A DNA stretch of 64,000 nucleotides, taken from a bacterium. GTDB taxonomy: Bacteria > Lernaellota > Lernaellaia > Lernaellales > Lernaellaceae. Within the stretch, counting starts at the first letter, position 1; each line of letters starts with the position of its first letter. Shown piece by piece: positions 8,450-18,123 of the stretch. The stretch is from NCBI GenBank assembly GCA_036725605.1, contig DAIMDW010000021.1, forward strand, positions 28,044-92,043. The letters run 5' to 3'. The translations under genes and the position numbers were made by a program. Under the pieces are notes generated by a model. It did not search any database, was not told the origin of the DNA, and worked only from the letters and a program-made list of their open reading frames with translations.

Positions 8450-10048
8450 ATGGTCAAAAGAGTCTTTTCCGGTTTCATGGTTATCCCGCTCTTGTTCATT
8501 TTTTTGTGCGTACGGGCTCCCATTGCATCAGCCGGTTCCTACACCGAAACGGGAATCGACAAAGATGACGCTGCCATAATAGGCTGGGCGACGGGGTATC
8601 AGGACTACTACCGGTCGGATGGTGGGACGGCCTATGCCGATCCGACGCGCGCTTTGGGCGTGGCGGAAGGAGTGTCTACCCTCGTTGTCAGCCTCGGAGA
8701 CGTATCGCCGGCCGACGACAGCGCAACGCCGGGCGAAATCACCCTGACCTTCGATGAAACGATCGGCAACGGCGACGGATACGATATCGCCGTTTTCGAA
8801 AACGGTTTCGGCTCTTACCCCGATTCGGTTTTTCTCGAGCTGGCCTATGTGGAGGTTTCCACCGACGGTGAGACTTTCGCCCGTTTTCCCTCTATTTCCA
8901 CAATTCCATACAACTCCGGCGGTTTCAATTATTTCGACGTATCGGACTGTTACAACCTGGCGGGAAAGCAACTGGCCGGAGTCGGCAGCCCCTTTGATCT
9001 GGAAGAACTGGCCGGCGAACCGGAAGTGCTATCCGGCGAAGTCGATCTGCAGAACATCAATTACGTGAAGATTGTCGATATTCCCGGGTACGGCACGCAG
9101 GAAGGCGCGACCACCGGCTATCTCGACTCATTGGGCAATCCCATCCACGACAACTGGCCCACAGGCGGATCCGGCGGCTTCGACCTGGATGCGGTCGGAT
9201 ATCTGCACGTCGGAAGCTCGTCGGGGCTTTGGGACGATTACGACGTCACCTATTGGGCCGGCACCGGCGCAAACGAGGCCGTGCTCGTCGTGGACTGGGG
9301 TTCGGTCACCATGATGTGGGGATACCGTTGGGACGGCAGCGCCACCGGGCAGGATATGATGGCCGCAATCGATGAAGCAAGCGAGCGCTTTTACGCCGAA
9401 TACCTTTACGGCGGCGCGGCGGTTTACGGCATCGGCTGGGACGCCGACGGAGACGGATTTTCCAAAACCGACGCCGATGATTATTACGAGGAAGGCTGGT
9501 CAAGCGGATACTGGTCCTATTGGCTTAGCACCGACGGCCGGACGTGGTCCTATTCGAGCGTCGGTTTTGCGGGACGCACCCTTAGCAACGGTTGTTGGGA
9601 CGGTTGGAGCTGGCCGACTTCGGCGCCGAACAACATCCCCAATGCGGTAAAATTGTCGGAGTTTAAAGCCGTGCCGGGAATGCAAAGCGTCTCCCTTTAT
9701 TGGTCGACTTCCCTGGAAACCGAAAACGCCGGGTGGAATATCTACCGAACCATGGATGGTGACAGCGCATGGTTGAAAATCAACGATCGCCCGATCGAAC
9801 CTTACGTTTACGACTACGAATACGTCGACGACGGTCTGAAAAAAGACGTTGCCTACTGTTATACCCTTGAAAGCGTTGCAATGGACGGTTCGGTGCAGAG
9901 CTTTGGTCCGGAATGTGCCACGCCCTTCGGCCCGGGAAGCGGCGGCGAAGAGGATTCCGGCATTCCCGACGGAATCGACGATAACACGGACAACGCAAGC
10001 GATTCCCTGGATCACGCCGAAGACCGTTCCCTTGTTTGCGGAAGTTAA
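8450..10048 (+). CDS. Secreted multidomain surface protein, putative cobalamin-binding
   Basis: Signal peptide; domain 1 with SLGD/GEITLTFD/VFENGF/ELAYVEVSTDG/GGFDLDAVG; Trp/Tyr-rich domain 2; FnIII-like domain 3; acidic tail ending VCGS; start taken at SD-preceded ATG 8450, not 8372. Confidence 0.75.
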   Translation: MVKRVFSGFMVIPLLFIFLCVRAPIASAGSYTETGIDKDDAAIIGWATGYQDYYRSDGGTAYADPTRALGVAEGVSTLVVSLGDVSPADDSATPGEITLTFDETIGNGDGYDIAVFENGFGSYPDSVFLELAYVEVSTDGETFARFPSISTIPYNSGGFNYFDVSDCYNLAGKQLAGVGSPFDLEELAGEPEVLSGEVDLQNINYVKIVDIPGYGTQEGATTGYLDSLGNPIHDNWPTGGSGGFDLDAVGYLHVGSSSGLWDDYDVTYWAGTGANEAVLVVDWGSVTMMWGYRWDGSATGQDMMAAIDEASERFYAEYLYGGAAVYGIGWDADGDGFSKTDADDYYEEGWSSGYWSYWLSTDGRTWSYSSVGFAGRTLSNGCWDGWSWPTSAPNNIPNAVKLSEFKAVPGMQSVSLYWSTSLETENAGWNIYRTMDGDSAWLKINDRPIEPYVYDYEYVDDGLKKDVAYCYTLESVAMDGSVQSFGPECATPFGPGSGGEEDSGIPDGIDDNTDNASDSLDHAEDRSLVCGS

Positions 10049-10058
10049 GGAGAAAGCC

Positions 10059-11024
10059 ATGAAATTGAATATAACCTTTTTGTCGATCGTTATTGCCGCT
10101 GTTTTCGCCCTTACCGGGTTTGCGTCCTTGGCTGCGGCGGGATCTTACAACGAAGCGGGAATTCCCTGGGACGACGCCTCCATTCTGGGTTGGGCGACGG
10201 GATACGAAAACTACGTACGCTCCGACGGCGGGACCAGCTATGCCGATCCCAACGAGGCGTTGGGTTCCGCGGGAACGAGCGTCTATAACGTGGTGAGCCT
10301 CGGCGACGTTACTCCGGCCGACGACACCGTTGCGCCGGGTGAAATCACCCTCACCTTCGACGAACCCATCGGCGACGGCACCGGATGGGACATCGTCGTA
10401 TTCGAAAATCCCTTCGGTAATTCCTATCCCGATGCCGTTTTCGCGGAACTGGCTTACGTCGAGGTATCCACCGACGGCGCCACCTTCGTCCGTTTTCCGT
10501 CGATTTCCACAATCCCCTATACGCCCGGCGGCTTCGCATTCCTCGACGTTTCGGACTGCTACAACCTTGCCGGCAAACAACTGGTAGGCGTGGGCAGCCC
10601 CTTCGATCTGTCGGAGCTTTCCGGCACAACGGAAGTGCAATCCGGCGACGTGGATCTGAACAACATCAATTACGTGAAGATCGTCGATATTCCCGGCTAC
10701 GGAACCCAAAGCGGCGCCACCACCGGATACGTCGACTCCCTGGGCAATCCGATTCACGACAACTGGCCGACAACCGGCTCCGGCGGTTTCGACCTCGACG
10801 CCGTGGGATATCTCCATGTGGGCAGCCCCGGCGACGACGATGATGACGACGATAACGACGACGATGATGATGACGACGATGATGACGATGATGACGATGA
10901 TGACGATGATGACGATGATGACGATAACGACAGCAGCGATGACGATGACGACGATAACGACGACAGCGGCGATAACACCGGCGGCGACGATGACGATGAT
11001 GACGACGACGGATGCGGCTGCTGA
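10059..11024 (+). CDS. Secreted paralog of domain 1 above with poly-Asp tail and C-terminal GCGC
   Basis: AAGGAG SD then ATG 10059; domain nearly collinear with the 8450 protein; about 55-residue Asp-rich tail. Confidence 0.8.
   Translation: MKLNITFLSIVIAAVFALTGFASLAAAGSYNEAGIPWDDASILGWATGYENYVRSDGGTSYADPNEALGSAGTSVYNVVSLGDVTPADDTVAPGEITLTFDEPIGDGTGWDIVVFENPFGNSYPDAVFAELAYVEVSTDGATFVRFPSISTIPYTPGGFAFLDVSDCYNLAGKQLVGVGSPFDLSELSGTTEVQSGDVDLNNINYVKIVDIPGYGTQSGATTGYVDSLGNPIHDNWPTTGSGGFDLDAVGYLHVGSPGDDDDDDDNDDDDDDDDDDDDDDDDDDDDDDDNDSSDDDDDDNDDSGDNTGGDDDDDDDDGCGC
10833..11009 (+). repeat. GAC/GAT trinucleotide run encoding a poly-Asp linker
   Basis: Mixed GAC/GAT/AAC codons, in frame. Confidence 0.9.
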
Positions 11025-11051
11025 TTTTTTACATAGAAAAGGAGAATTAAA

Positions 11052-11384
11052 ATGTACAAAAAAATCGCATTGATCATTTCCGACGAGGGAACCAGGCGCG
11101 ACTTTCTTTTTCATCAATTTCGCAGAGCGGGCATGCAGCCGGTCTCATTTTTCAATCAGTGCGCTTATATGATCGACGCCGAAAGCCGTGATCCCGGCGT
11201 TCTGGTTATCGACCTTGCCGCGCCTTTCGAAAAAAAGCTCCGGACGGCGCAATGGATTCTGGACCAATTTCCAAGGATGAAAGTAATCACCATCGGCAAT
11301 CGGCAGTTCCCGGGATCGGAAAAGCTGTTCGAACATATGCCCAATCACATCACCTGCGATGGATTGGTACAGTTGAAATGCTGA
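11052..11384 (+). CDS. Small receiver (CheY)-like fold protein, degenerate
   Basis: ALIISDE, VLVIDL, FPRMKVITIG pattern of REC domains; AGGAG SD. Confidence 0.5.
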   Translation: MYKKIALIISDEGTRRDFLFHQFRRAGMQPVSFFNQCAYMIDAESRDPGVLVIDLAAPFEKKLRTAQWILDQFPRMKVITIGNRQFPGSEKLFEHMPNHITCDGLVQLKC

Positions 11385-11420
11385 AGTGACGATAACCGAT
11401 CAGTAAACCGGAGAATCAAA

Positions 11421-12617
11421 ATGAAGACAGTGATCAATCACGAAAGCGATTGCCGCCTTTTCGGGCTTGCCCTGATTCTATTGCTGGCGTCGATGGTTTT
11501 TTGTTCTTTTGGCTGCGGCGATCTGGAGGAGCAACATGAAGACGTTCCGGATATCCAGGTCGACGATGATGACGACGACGATGACACCGGCGACGGATGG
11601 GATTATCCCTACTACCTGGTCATCGGAGGCGGGCTTTCCGAAACCCTTTCCCTGCTTACCATAAACGGTCCGGACAGTTTCTCTTTGGCCAACGACGTTC
11701 AGGTAACGTCGAGTTCCATCAATCAGACCGTGGTCTACGAAAAAGAGCTTTACGCGGTCTGCTCTTTGTCCCATTCCGTGATGGTTTACGACGTCCACGA
11801 TCTTTCCATCTCCCGCCAGGTTTCCGTGGGCATCGGCAACAATCCGATGATGCTGGCGTTTCACGAAGACAAAAAGGCGTTCATCGCCAATTTCCTTTCC
11901 AACGACGTCACCTATTACGACCTGGCCGACGATGACGGCGACGCCCTTTACACCATCGCAATGCCCTCGGGCGACGAGCTTCCCACGGACGGCGACGGTG
12001 AAACCTGGGCGCGGCCCGGCGGGTTGATCATGGCGGCGGGCAAAGCTTACGCCGCGCTGTCCAACCTGGACGGCGCTTATGTGGCGGGCGGTCCGGGGCT
12101 CGTGGCCGTGATCGATCCGGAATCCAAATCCGTCGACTCCATTATCGAAATGGAAGGCAGGGATACCGTCGGCGTATACGCCCGGGACGATGATTTGGTT
12201 TACGTGATTTCCGCCGGGGATTACGAGGTGGGCGAAGGATTCGTCGGCAACGGCAAAGTCGAGTTGATCGACACGCAAACCGACGAAATCGTCGGCAGCG
12301 TGGAGACCGGCGGCGCGCCTTTCGAAATGGTGATCAACTCCGACAACGTCGCCTACCTCGGAAACGGAGCCGAAGGCGTGGTGCTTTCCTTTGACGCCGA
12401 AACCCATGAGATGCTCGACCCGATAGACATCCGGGATCCCGACGATACCCTCGGCCTTTCCTATGCCTCGGCGCTGGTCGTGGACGGCAACGGTTATCTA
12501 TATGCCGCGGAGTTCAACCACGACCGTCTTTTCGTGATCGACACAATGAATCAAAACAAAATCGTGGCGACCTTTACAGTCAACGACGGGCCCGACACCC
12601 TTTCCTTTATTCGGTGA
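11421..12617 (+). CDS. YncE/BtuG-like beta-propeller lipoprotein
   Basis: Lipobox FGC, poly-Asp linker, repeated blades (GNNPMMLAF, GGAPFEMVI, NDGPDTL); directly upstream of btuB. Confidence 0.75.
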   Translation: MKTVINHESDCRLFGLALILLLASMVFCSFGCGDLEEQHEDVPDIQVDDDDDDDDTGDGWDYPYYLVIGGGLSETLSLLTINGPDSFSLANDVQVTSSSINQTVVYEKELYAVCSLSHSVMVYDVHDLSISRQVSVGIGNNPMMLAFHEDKKAFIANFLSNDVTYYDLADDDGDALYTIAMPSGDELPTDGDGETWARPGGLIMAAGKAYAALSNLDGAYVAGGPGLVAVIDPESKSVDSIIEMEGRDTVGVYARDDDLVYVISAGDYEVGEGFVGNGKVELIDTQTDEIVGSVETGGAPFEMVINSDNVAYLGNGAEGVVLSFDAETHEMLDPIDIRDPDDTLGLSYASALVVDGNGYLYAAEFNHDRLFVIDTMNQNKIVATFTVNDGPDTLSFIR

Positions 12618-12620
12618 ACC

Positions 12621-14570
12621 ATGATCTGCCGCCCTTGCATCCTATGTCTGCTTGTTCTTCTCGCCGCAGCTTTGCCCGCTTTTCTTTCATCGGCGCTCGC
12701 CCAGGACGAAGCCGCCGAAAACGTGGAATACGCCCGGGCCTTCGAAGACGATGAAATCGTCGTCAGCGCCCGGCGGATCAACGAGTCGGTGGACGATCCG
12801 CCCGTGTTCGTGGACATTATCGAAATGGATCAATTCTCGGGCAGGTTCGTGACCACCGAGGAAGCGATTTCACAGGCGGCCGGAGTGAACGTTCGAAGCT
12901 TCGGCGGTCTGGGCAAGCTTTCCACGATCTCGATCCGGGGTTCGAGCGCCAACCAGGTCGTGGTTCTGGTGGACGGCGTGCGCATCAATCCGGCGGTGGG
13001 CGGCGGCGTCGATTTATCGACGATCCCGCCGGAACATATCGAACGGATCGAAGTGATACGCGGCGGGGATTCGGCCTTTTACGGAGAAGGCGCCGTGGGC
13101 GGCGTCGTCAATATCGTGACCAAAAAATGCGCGGGAGAAGACACAAACACCATCGCGGTTACCTACGGTTCCTTTAACACGGGCCGTGTGGCGGCGACCC
13201 GTTCCCAGGGCTTTGAAAAAACCTCGTACTTCGTTTCAGGTACCTATCTGCATTCCGACGGCAACTTTCCCTTTATCAACAACAACGGCACCGAGTACAA
13301 CAAAAAGGACGATTACGACGACATCAGGGAAAACAACGAAACCGATTCCGGCGGGCTTTTGGTCAAGGTCGACCGCAATTTCGGCGCTCATTTGAATCTT
13401 GCAGGGCAGAACGAATTTTTCATTTCCGATATCGGCGTACCGGGAATGGTGACTTTCCCCTCTCCCCACGTCAACCAGCGGGACATGCGAAACACTTCGA
13501 CCTTCTCCTTTGCCGTAACGGATCTTATTACCCGGGGACTTAACTTCAACACCCGCCTTTCCCATCGTTTCGCCTCAACCGATTACGACGATCGCCAAGG
13601 CGAGCAGACCGGCGTGCCGCTTGAAACCTACCAGGAAGAATATGCGCCGGAGGCCGAACAATCGATCCAATATATTTGGGGAACCCACCAGATTTGGACC
13701 CTTTCGGGAATTTATGGGCTTAATTTTCTGAAAGACGAAGAGTTCGACGATCCGCAGCGAACCACCTGGGCCGCCGCTTTGCGTGACCAGATTTTCTTGT
13801 TTAACGAAATTCTCACCATCGTTCCCGCAGTCAGGTACGACGACGTATCCGACATGGGAAACCAGTGGAGCCCCAAGTTCGGCCTTTCGATCAAGCCCCT
13901 TGACTGGCTGGTACTAAAGGGCAATGCGGGTCGTTCCTTTCGCGCGCCCAATTTCAACGAGATGTATTACAATCATGGATTCGTCGAGGGCAATCCCGAT
14001 CTTAAGCCGGAGCGAGCCACGAACGTTGACGCCGGCCTTCAGATTCCCACGCCATGGTTTTTTGTCGAAGGCGCATACTTTCGCAGCGACGTGGAGGATC
14101 TGATCGAGTATGTTCTCATTTCCGGATTTCGATATAAGCCCTATAACATTGGGCAGGCGCGACTGGAAGGGATGGAAAGCCTGTTAAAGCTTTATCCAGT
14201 GCGCTACTTCACCCTGACCGGCTCCTACACCCTGACCTATGCCATCGACACGACGGATTATCCCAATCGCACCGACCGGCAGATCCCCGGCCGCCCGAGG
14301 CACAAAGGCTTCGGCAGGCTGGAAGGGCATCTTTCCAGTTTTCATCCCTTCGTCGAATACCACTACATCGGCGGAAACTTTATCACCCAGGCCAACACCA
14401 AGCTGCTGCCCGAAAGGCAAATCGTAAACGCCGGATTGGTCGTCGAACCTGGTGAGGGATTCAAAACGGGATTCGAAGTGAAGAACGTTGCCGACGAACA
14501 GGCCGTGGACGTACGCGGTTTTCCTTTGCCGGGCAGATCCTTTTTCGTCAACTTTGAGGCTAACTTTTAA
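12621..14570 (+). CDS. btuB: TonB-dependent cobalamin receptor
   Basis: TonB box EIVVSA, plug motifs ISIRGSS/VLVDGV/IERIEVIRGG.SA.YG..AVGGVVNI, C-terminal PGRSFFVNFEANF; riboswitch-controlled. Confidence 0.88.
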   Translation: MICRPCILCLLVLLAAALPAFLSSALAQDEAAENVEYARAFEDDEIVVSARRINESVDDPPVFVDIIEMDQFSGRFVTTEEAISQAAGVNVRSFGGLGKLSTISIRGSSANQVVVLVDGVRINPAVGGGVDLSTIPPEHIERIEVIRGGDSAFYGEGAVGGVVNIVTKKCAGEDTNTIAVTYGSFNTGRVAATRSQGFEKTSYFVSGTYLHSDGNFPFINNNGTEYNKKDDYDDIRENNETDSGGLLVKVDRNFGAHLNLAGQNEFFISDIGVPGMVTFPSPHVNQRDMRNTSTFSFAVTDLITRGLNFNTRLSHRFASTDYDDRQGEQTGVPLETYQEEYAPEAEQSIQYIWGTHQIWTLSGIYGLNFLKDEEFDDPQRTTWAAALRDQIFLFNEILTIVPAVRYDDVSDMGNQWSPKFGLSIKPLDWLVLKGNAGRSFRAPNFNEMYYNHGFVEGNPDLKPERATNVDAGLQIPTPWFFVEGAYFRSDVEDLIEYVLISGFRYKPYNIGQARLEGMESLLKLYPVRYFTLTGSYTLTYAIDTTDYPNRTDRQIPGRPRHKGFGRLEGHLSSFHPFVEYHYIGGNFITQANTKLLPERQIVNAGLVVEPGEGFKTGFEVKNVADEQAVDVRGFPLPGRSFFVNFEANF

Positions 14571-14581
14571 AGACTTTTACC

Positions 14582-15508
14582 ATGAATCGACCAACAAACA
14601 ACCGCGCCTTCCGAATCGCAATCCCAATCCTCGTTCTTGCCTTTTTATGGCTATTCGCCGCCTGCGCTTGCGAAAAACGGCAGGAAGCGCTCCCCGTCGA
14701 AAAGGATCGATTGCGGATCGTATCCACCTTGCCGAGTCTGACGGAAATCTGCTTCGCGTTGGGGCTCGGCGATTCTTTGGTCGGCGTGTCCGATTTCTGC
14801 AACTATCCGCCCGAGGCCAAATCCATCCCCCGAATCGGCGGCGTGGTCAACCCCGACTTCGAACGGGTCACGGCGCTTCGCCCGGACTTTATCCTCATGC
14901 AGGAGTCGGATAAAACACTTCTGAAAAAGTATCGCGAGCTTGGTTTCGATATTTTAATCGTCAAAAACCGGACCGTCGAAGACGTGCTGGTTTCCATCGT
15001 CACCATCGGCAATAAAACCGGCAAGGATAAGCAGGCCCGGGAACTGGTGGAAAAAATGGGGCGGGAGCTAAACGAGATCCGGGCAAAGGCCGCCGATCGA
15101 AAGCCGGTCCGAACCCTGCTTGTAATCGGGCACGAACCCGGCTCGCTCCGTGAAATCTACGTCGCCGGATCCGGTTCCTTTCATAACGAACTTCTTCGGA
15201 TTGCCGGCGGCGTCAACTGCTTTTCCGATTCCGTGATCCCCTATCCGAAAATATCAAAGGAGGAAATCCTCAAACAATCGCCGCAGGCCATTATCGTTTT
15301 ATCCGCCGACGCCGGCATGAAAACCCAGGCAAAGCAAAGCGAACAGCGGCTTTGGAAAGAATTGGATTACATCGAGGCCGTCAAAAAAAATGCCGTAACT
15401 CTGCTTAACGGCAATTATCTGTTTATCCCCGGCCCCCGGATGCCGCAAATCGCAAAAGAAATCCAGCAACTGTTGTTTTCGGACAAGGGCGACAGCGATG
15501 CGCAATGA
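14582..15508 (+). CDS. btuF: Cobalamin ABC transporter substrate-binding lipoprotein
   Basis: RIVSTLPSLTEICFALG, LVGVSDFCNYPPEA, PDFERVTALRPD. Confidence 0.88.
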   Translation: MNRPTNNRAFRIAIPILVLAFLWLFAACACEKRQEALPVEKDRLRIVSTLPSLTEICFALGLGDSLVGVSDFCNYPPEAKSIPRIGGVVNPDFERVTALRPDFILMQESDKTLLKKYRELGFDILIVKNRTVEDVLVSIVTIGNKTGKDKQARELVEKMGRELNEIRAKAADRKPVRTLLVIGHEPGSLREIYVAGSGSFHNELLRIAGGVNCFSDSVIPYPKISKEEILKQSPQAIIVLSADAGMKTQAKQSEQRLWKELDYIEAVKKNAVTLLNGNYLFIPGPRMPQIAKEIQQLLFSDKGDSDAQ

Positions 15509-16292
15509 AGCGGTGACGCTAAAAGATCTTCGCTTCGGTTACGGCAAGCGCGAAATCATCAAGGGGATCAGCCTCTCGATCGGCAAAGGCGAGTTTGTCG
15601 GCATCATCGGCCCAAACGGATCGGGAAAATCGACGCTGATCAAAATGATGACCGGCTTTGTGAATCCCGATCACGGAGAAGTGCTTCTTTGCGATAAGCC
15701 TTTGCATAAAATCGGTCGAAGGAAGGCCGCGCGCCTCGCCGCCGCCGTTCCCCAGGAAATGGTTTTCCATTTTCCGTACAAGGTGGGCGAATTCGTCAAG
15801 ATGGGGCGGCACCCCTACCAGGGATTGACCGAAACGGAAAACGAGACCGATCGCCGCATCGTCAAAGACGCGATGAAGGCCACCAACACCCTTTCGTTGA
15901 AGGGTCGATCGGTTGCGCAATTGTCCGGCGGGGAGAAACAAAGGGTGGTTCTGGCTTCCGCTTTGGCCCAGGATACGCAACTCCTTTTTCTCGATGAGCC
16001 GACTTCCTCCCTGGATATTCATTATCAAATCGAAATTTACGAAATCCTCAAAAAGATGAACGAAGAAAAAGGGCTGACCATTGCCGCCGTCACCCACGAT
16101 CTGAATCTTGGTTCGTTGTATTGCGACCGCCTGGTTTTGCTGGTGGGCGGAAAGATCGTCGCCGATGGCCCGCCGGACCGAATCGTCAATCCGGCGACCA
16201 TCCGAGAACATTTCAACGTGGAGGTCGAAGGCGGAATCCGGGCAATCACGAAGGCCCCCTACGTCGTTGCGACGGGCAGAAAGAAACTATGA
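15498..16292 (+). CDS. btuD: Cobalamin ABC transporter ATPase
   Basis: GPNGSGKS, LSGGEKQR, LFLDEPTSSLD. Confidence 0.85.
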   Translation: MRNEAVTLKDLRFGYGKREIIKGISLSIGKGEFVGIIGPNGSGKSTLIKMMTGFVNPDHGEVLLCDKPLHKIGRRKAARLAAAVPQEMVFHFPYKVGEFVKMGRHPYQGLTETENETDRRIVKDAMKATNTLSLKGRSVAQLSGGEKQRVVLASALAQDTQLLFLDEPTSSLDIHYQIEIYEILKKMNEEKGLTIAAVTHDLNLGSLYCDRLVLLVGGKIVADGPPDRIVNPATIREHFNVEVEGGIRAITKAPYVVATGRKKL

Positions 16293-16293
16293 G

Positions 16294-17319
16294 ATGACCA
16301 CCGAATGGACAAAACATGATTGGTTCAAAGTCGCTCCCTTTGCCCTTTTTTTCCTTTTGACATTGATTTTTTGCCCGGCGATCGGCTCGGTATCCATTAG
16401 TCTAAAAGAAGCCTTTTCGCAAATCGGCGACGTTTCGAAAAGCCTGGACGCGAGCGTTCTTTTCAGAACCCGCCTGCCCAGAATTCTCCTGGCCTCGCTC
16501 ACCGGCGCCGCCCTGGCCGTAGCCGGCGCCGTTTTCCAGGCGCTGTTGCGCAATCCTCTCGCGGATCCCTTTACCCTCGGAGTATCCTCGGGAGGAGCCA
16601 TGGGCGCGGTGATCGCCATCAAGCTCGGCCTGGACATTTCACTGCTGGGATTTTCGACGGTTCCGCTGTTTTCCTTTCTCGGCGCCGCCGGAGCCGTCGC
16701 CCTCGTCTATATTCTGGCTCACTCTCGCGGGCGGCTGCCCACCGCCATTTTGCTTCTCGCCGGCGTTTCGATCAGCTTCTTTTTCTCGGCCATGATCCTT
16801 TTCGCTCATTACCTGGCGGATTTCACCGAAAGCCACCAGATGCTGAGGTGGCTGATGGGCGGCCTGGATATCATCGGATACAAGACCATCATAAAAATTC
16901 TTCCCTTCTGGGTTCTCGGCGTTGTTCTGCTTTTTATAAAAGCGCGGGATTTGGATCAGCTCAGTTTCGGCTCCTACGTGGCCTGGTGCCGCGGCGTCGA
17001 CGTCGCTCGTTCCCAAAAAATCTGTTACCTGGCCGCGTCGCTGATAACCGCTTCGGTGGTTTCCCTGTCCGGCCCCATCGGCTTTGTGGGACTGATCGTT
17101 CCCCACTCGGTCCGATTTCTGATCGGCCCTTCCCACCGGGCGTTGCTTCCCGCTTCCATGTTCGCGGGAGCGGGCTTTCTGATCCTTTGCGATACCGTGG
17201 CGCGCACCGTTCTGGCTCCGACGGAAATACCGGTGGGCGTTTTGACCGCCATGGTGGGCGGCCCGTTTTTCGTGGCACTTTTGTTCAGGGAAAAAAAGAA
17301 ATATGCCTTCGAAGAATAA
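16294..17319 (+). CDS. btuC: Cobalamin ABC transporter permease
   Basis: RLPRILLA, RNPLADPFTLGVSSG, IGFVGLIVPH, EIPVGVLTA; ATG 16294 coupled to the btuD stop. Confidence 0.88.
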   Translation: MTTEWTKHDWFKVAPFALFFLLTLIFCPAIGSVSISLKEAFSQIGDVSKSLDASVLFRTRLPRILLASLTGAALAVAGAVFQALLRNPLADPFTLGVSSGGAMGAVIAIKLGLDISLLGFSTVPLFSFLGAAGAVALVYILAHSRGRLPTAILLLAGVSISFFFSAMILFAHYLADFTESHQMLRWLMGGLDIIGYKTIIKILPFWVLGVVLLFIKARDLDQLSFGSYVAWCRGVDVARSQKICYLAASLITASVVSLSGPIGFVGLIVPHSVRFLIGPSHRALLPASMFAGAGFLILCDTVARTVLAPTEIPVGVLTAMVGGPFFVALLFREKKKYAFEE

Positions 17320-17331
17320 GCGAGGTTTTCG

Positions 17332-18123
17332 ATGAAAAAACACCGGCGGCTGTTTGTGCTTTGTCTGATCCCCGCGATTTTTTGCTTCGCCTGCTCGGCC
17401 GGAGGCGATGACGACGACGACCATTTTATCGACGGCGATGACGACGATAACAATGACGACAACAACGATGACAACGACACCGGCGATATGTGCCGGGAAG
17501 GGATTGCCGTACCGGCCTTTGAATCGGGATGGATCGACGCCGGGCTTCATCTCGCCTACGGCGACACGCTGACGATTGGTTCGACCGGAGAAATTACCCT
17601 GACTCAAAAGGGCGAATCCACAGGTCCGGACGGAATCGACGAGGTGTGCGGCCTCGGTTGCCCGGCCCCGGAATTGAATCGCGGCACATTGCTGGGAAAA
17701 GTATCGCCGGGGGACGGGACAACGGGCGTTCCTTTCCTTGCCGGTTTGAGCTACGAAAAACTAATCACCGAAGCGGGCAATCTTTATTTTATCGTCAACG
17801 ACGATTCCTACGAAGACAATGCCGGTTATTTTTGCGCCACGGCCAAGGCCTCTCAATCCGGCGACGATGACGACGATACCGGCGGCGACGACGATGATGA
17901 CGATGACGACAATCTTCCCGCCCAATGCAGCCCGGAGAACTTTGTAATTCAGGTGATCGACGTCGCCTACGGCACCACCGCCGGATTCGGCCGGCCCTTT
18001 GTGCCGGACAACGTTCTCGGTCCGCCGGTGGGCGGCGGCGACTATGCGCCCCAATCCAGCGCCACGCAGCTTCTCTCCCTGGGCGAAGGCGGGCAGATCA
18101 CCCTGAAGATGGGGCGCAGGTAA
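17332..18123 (+). pseudogene. Lipoprotein (poly-Asp, lectin/PA-IL-like domain, second surface domain) truncated at its 3' end
   Basis: Lipobox FAC; second domain stops at LSLGEGGQITLKMGRR*, where the related domains at 8450/10059 continue after SLGD...GEITLTFD with D..VFEN and EVS.DG. Confidence 0.65.

Noticed and set aside
10833-11009. GAC/GAT run as a non-coding microsatellite or contingency locus
   Set aside because: It is in frame, uses mixed codons and matches the Asp-rich linkers of neighbouring proteins
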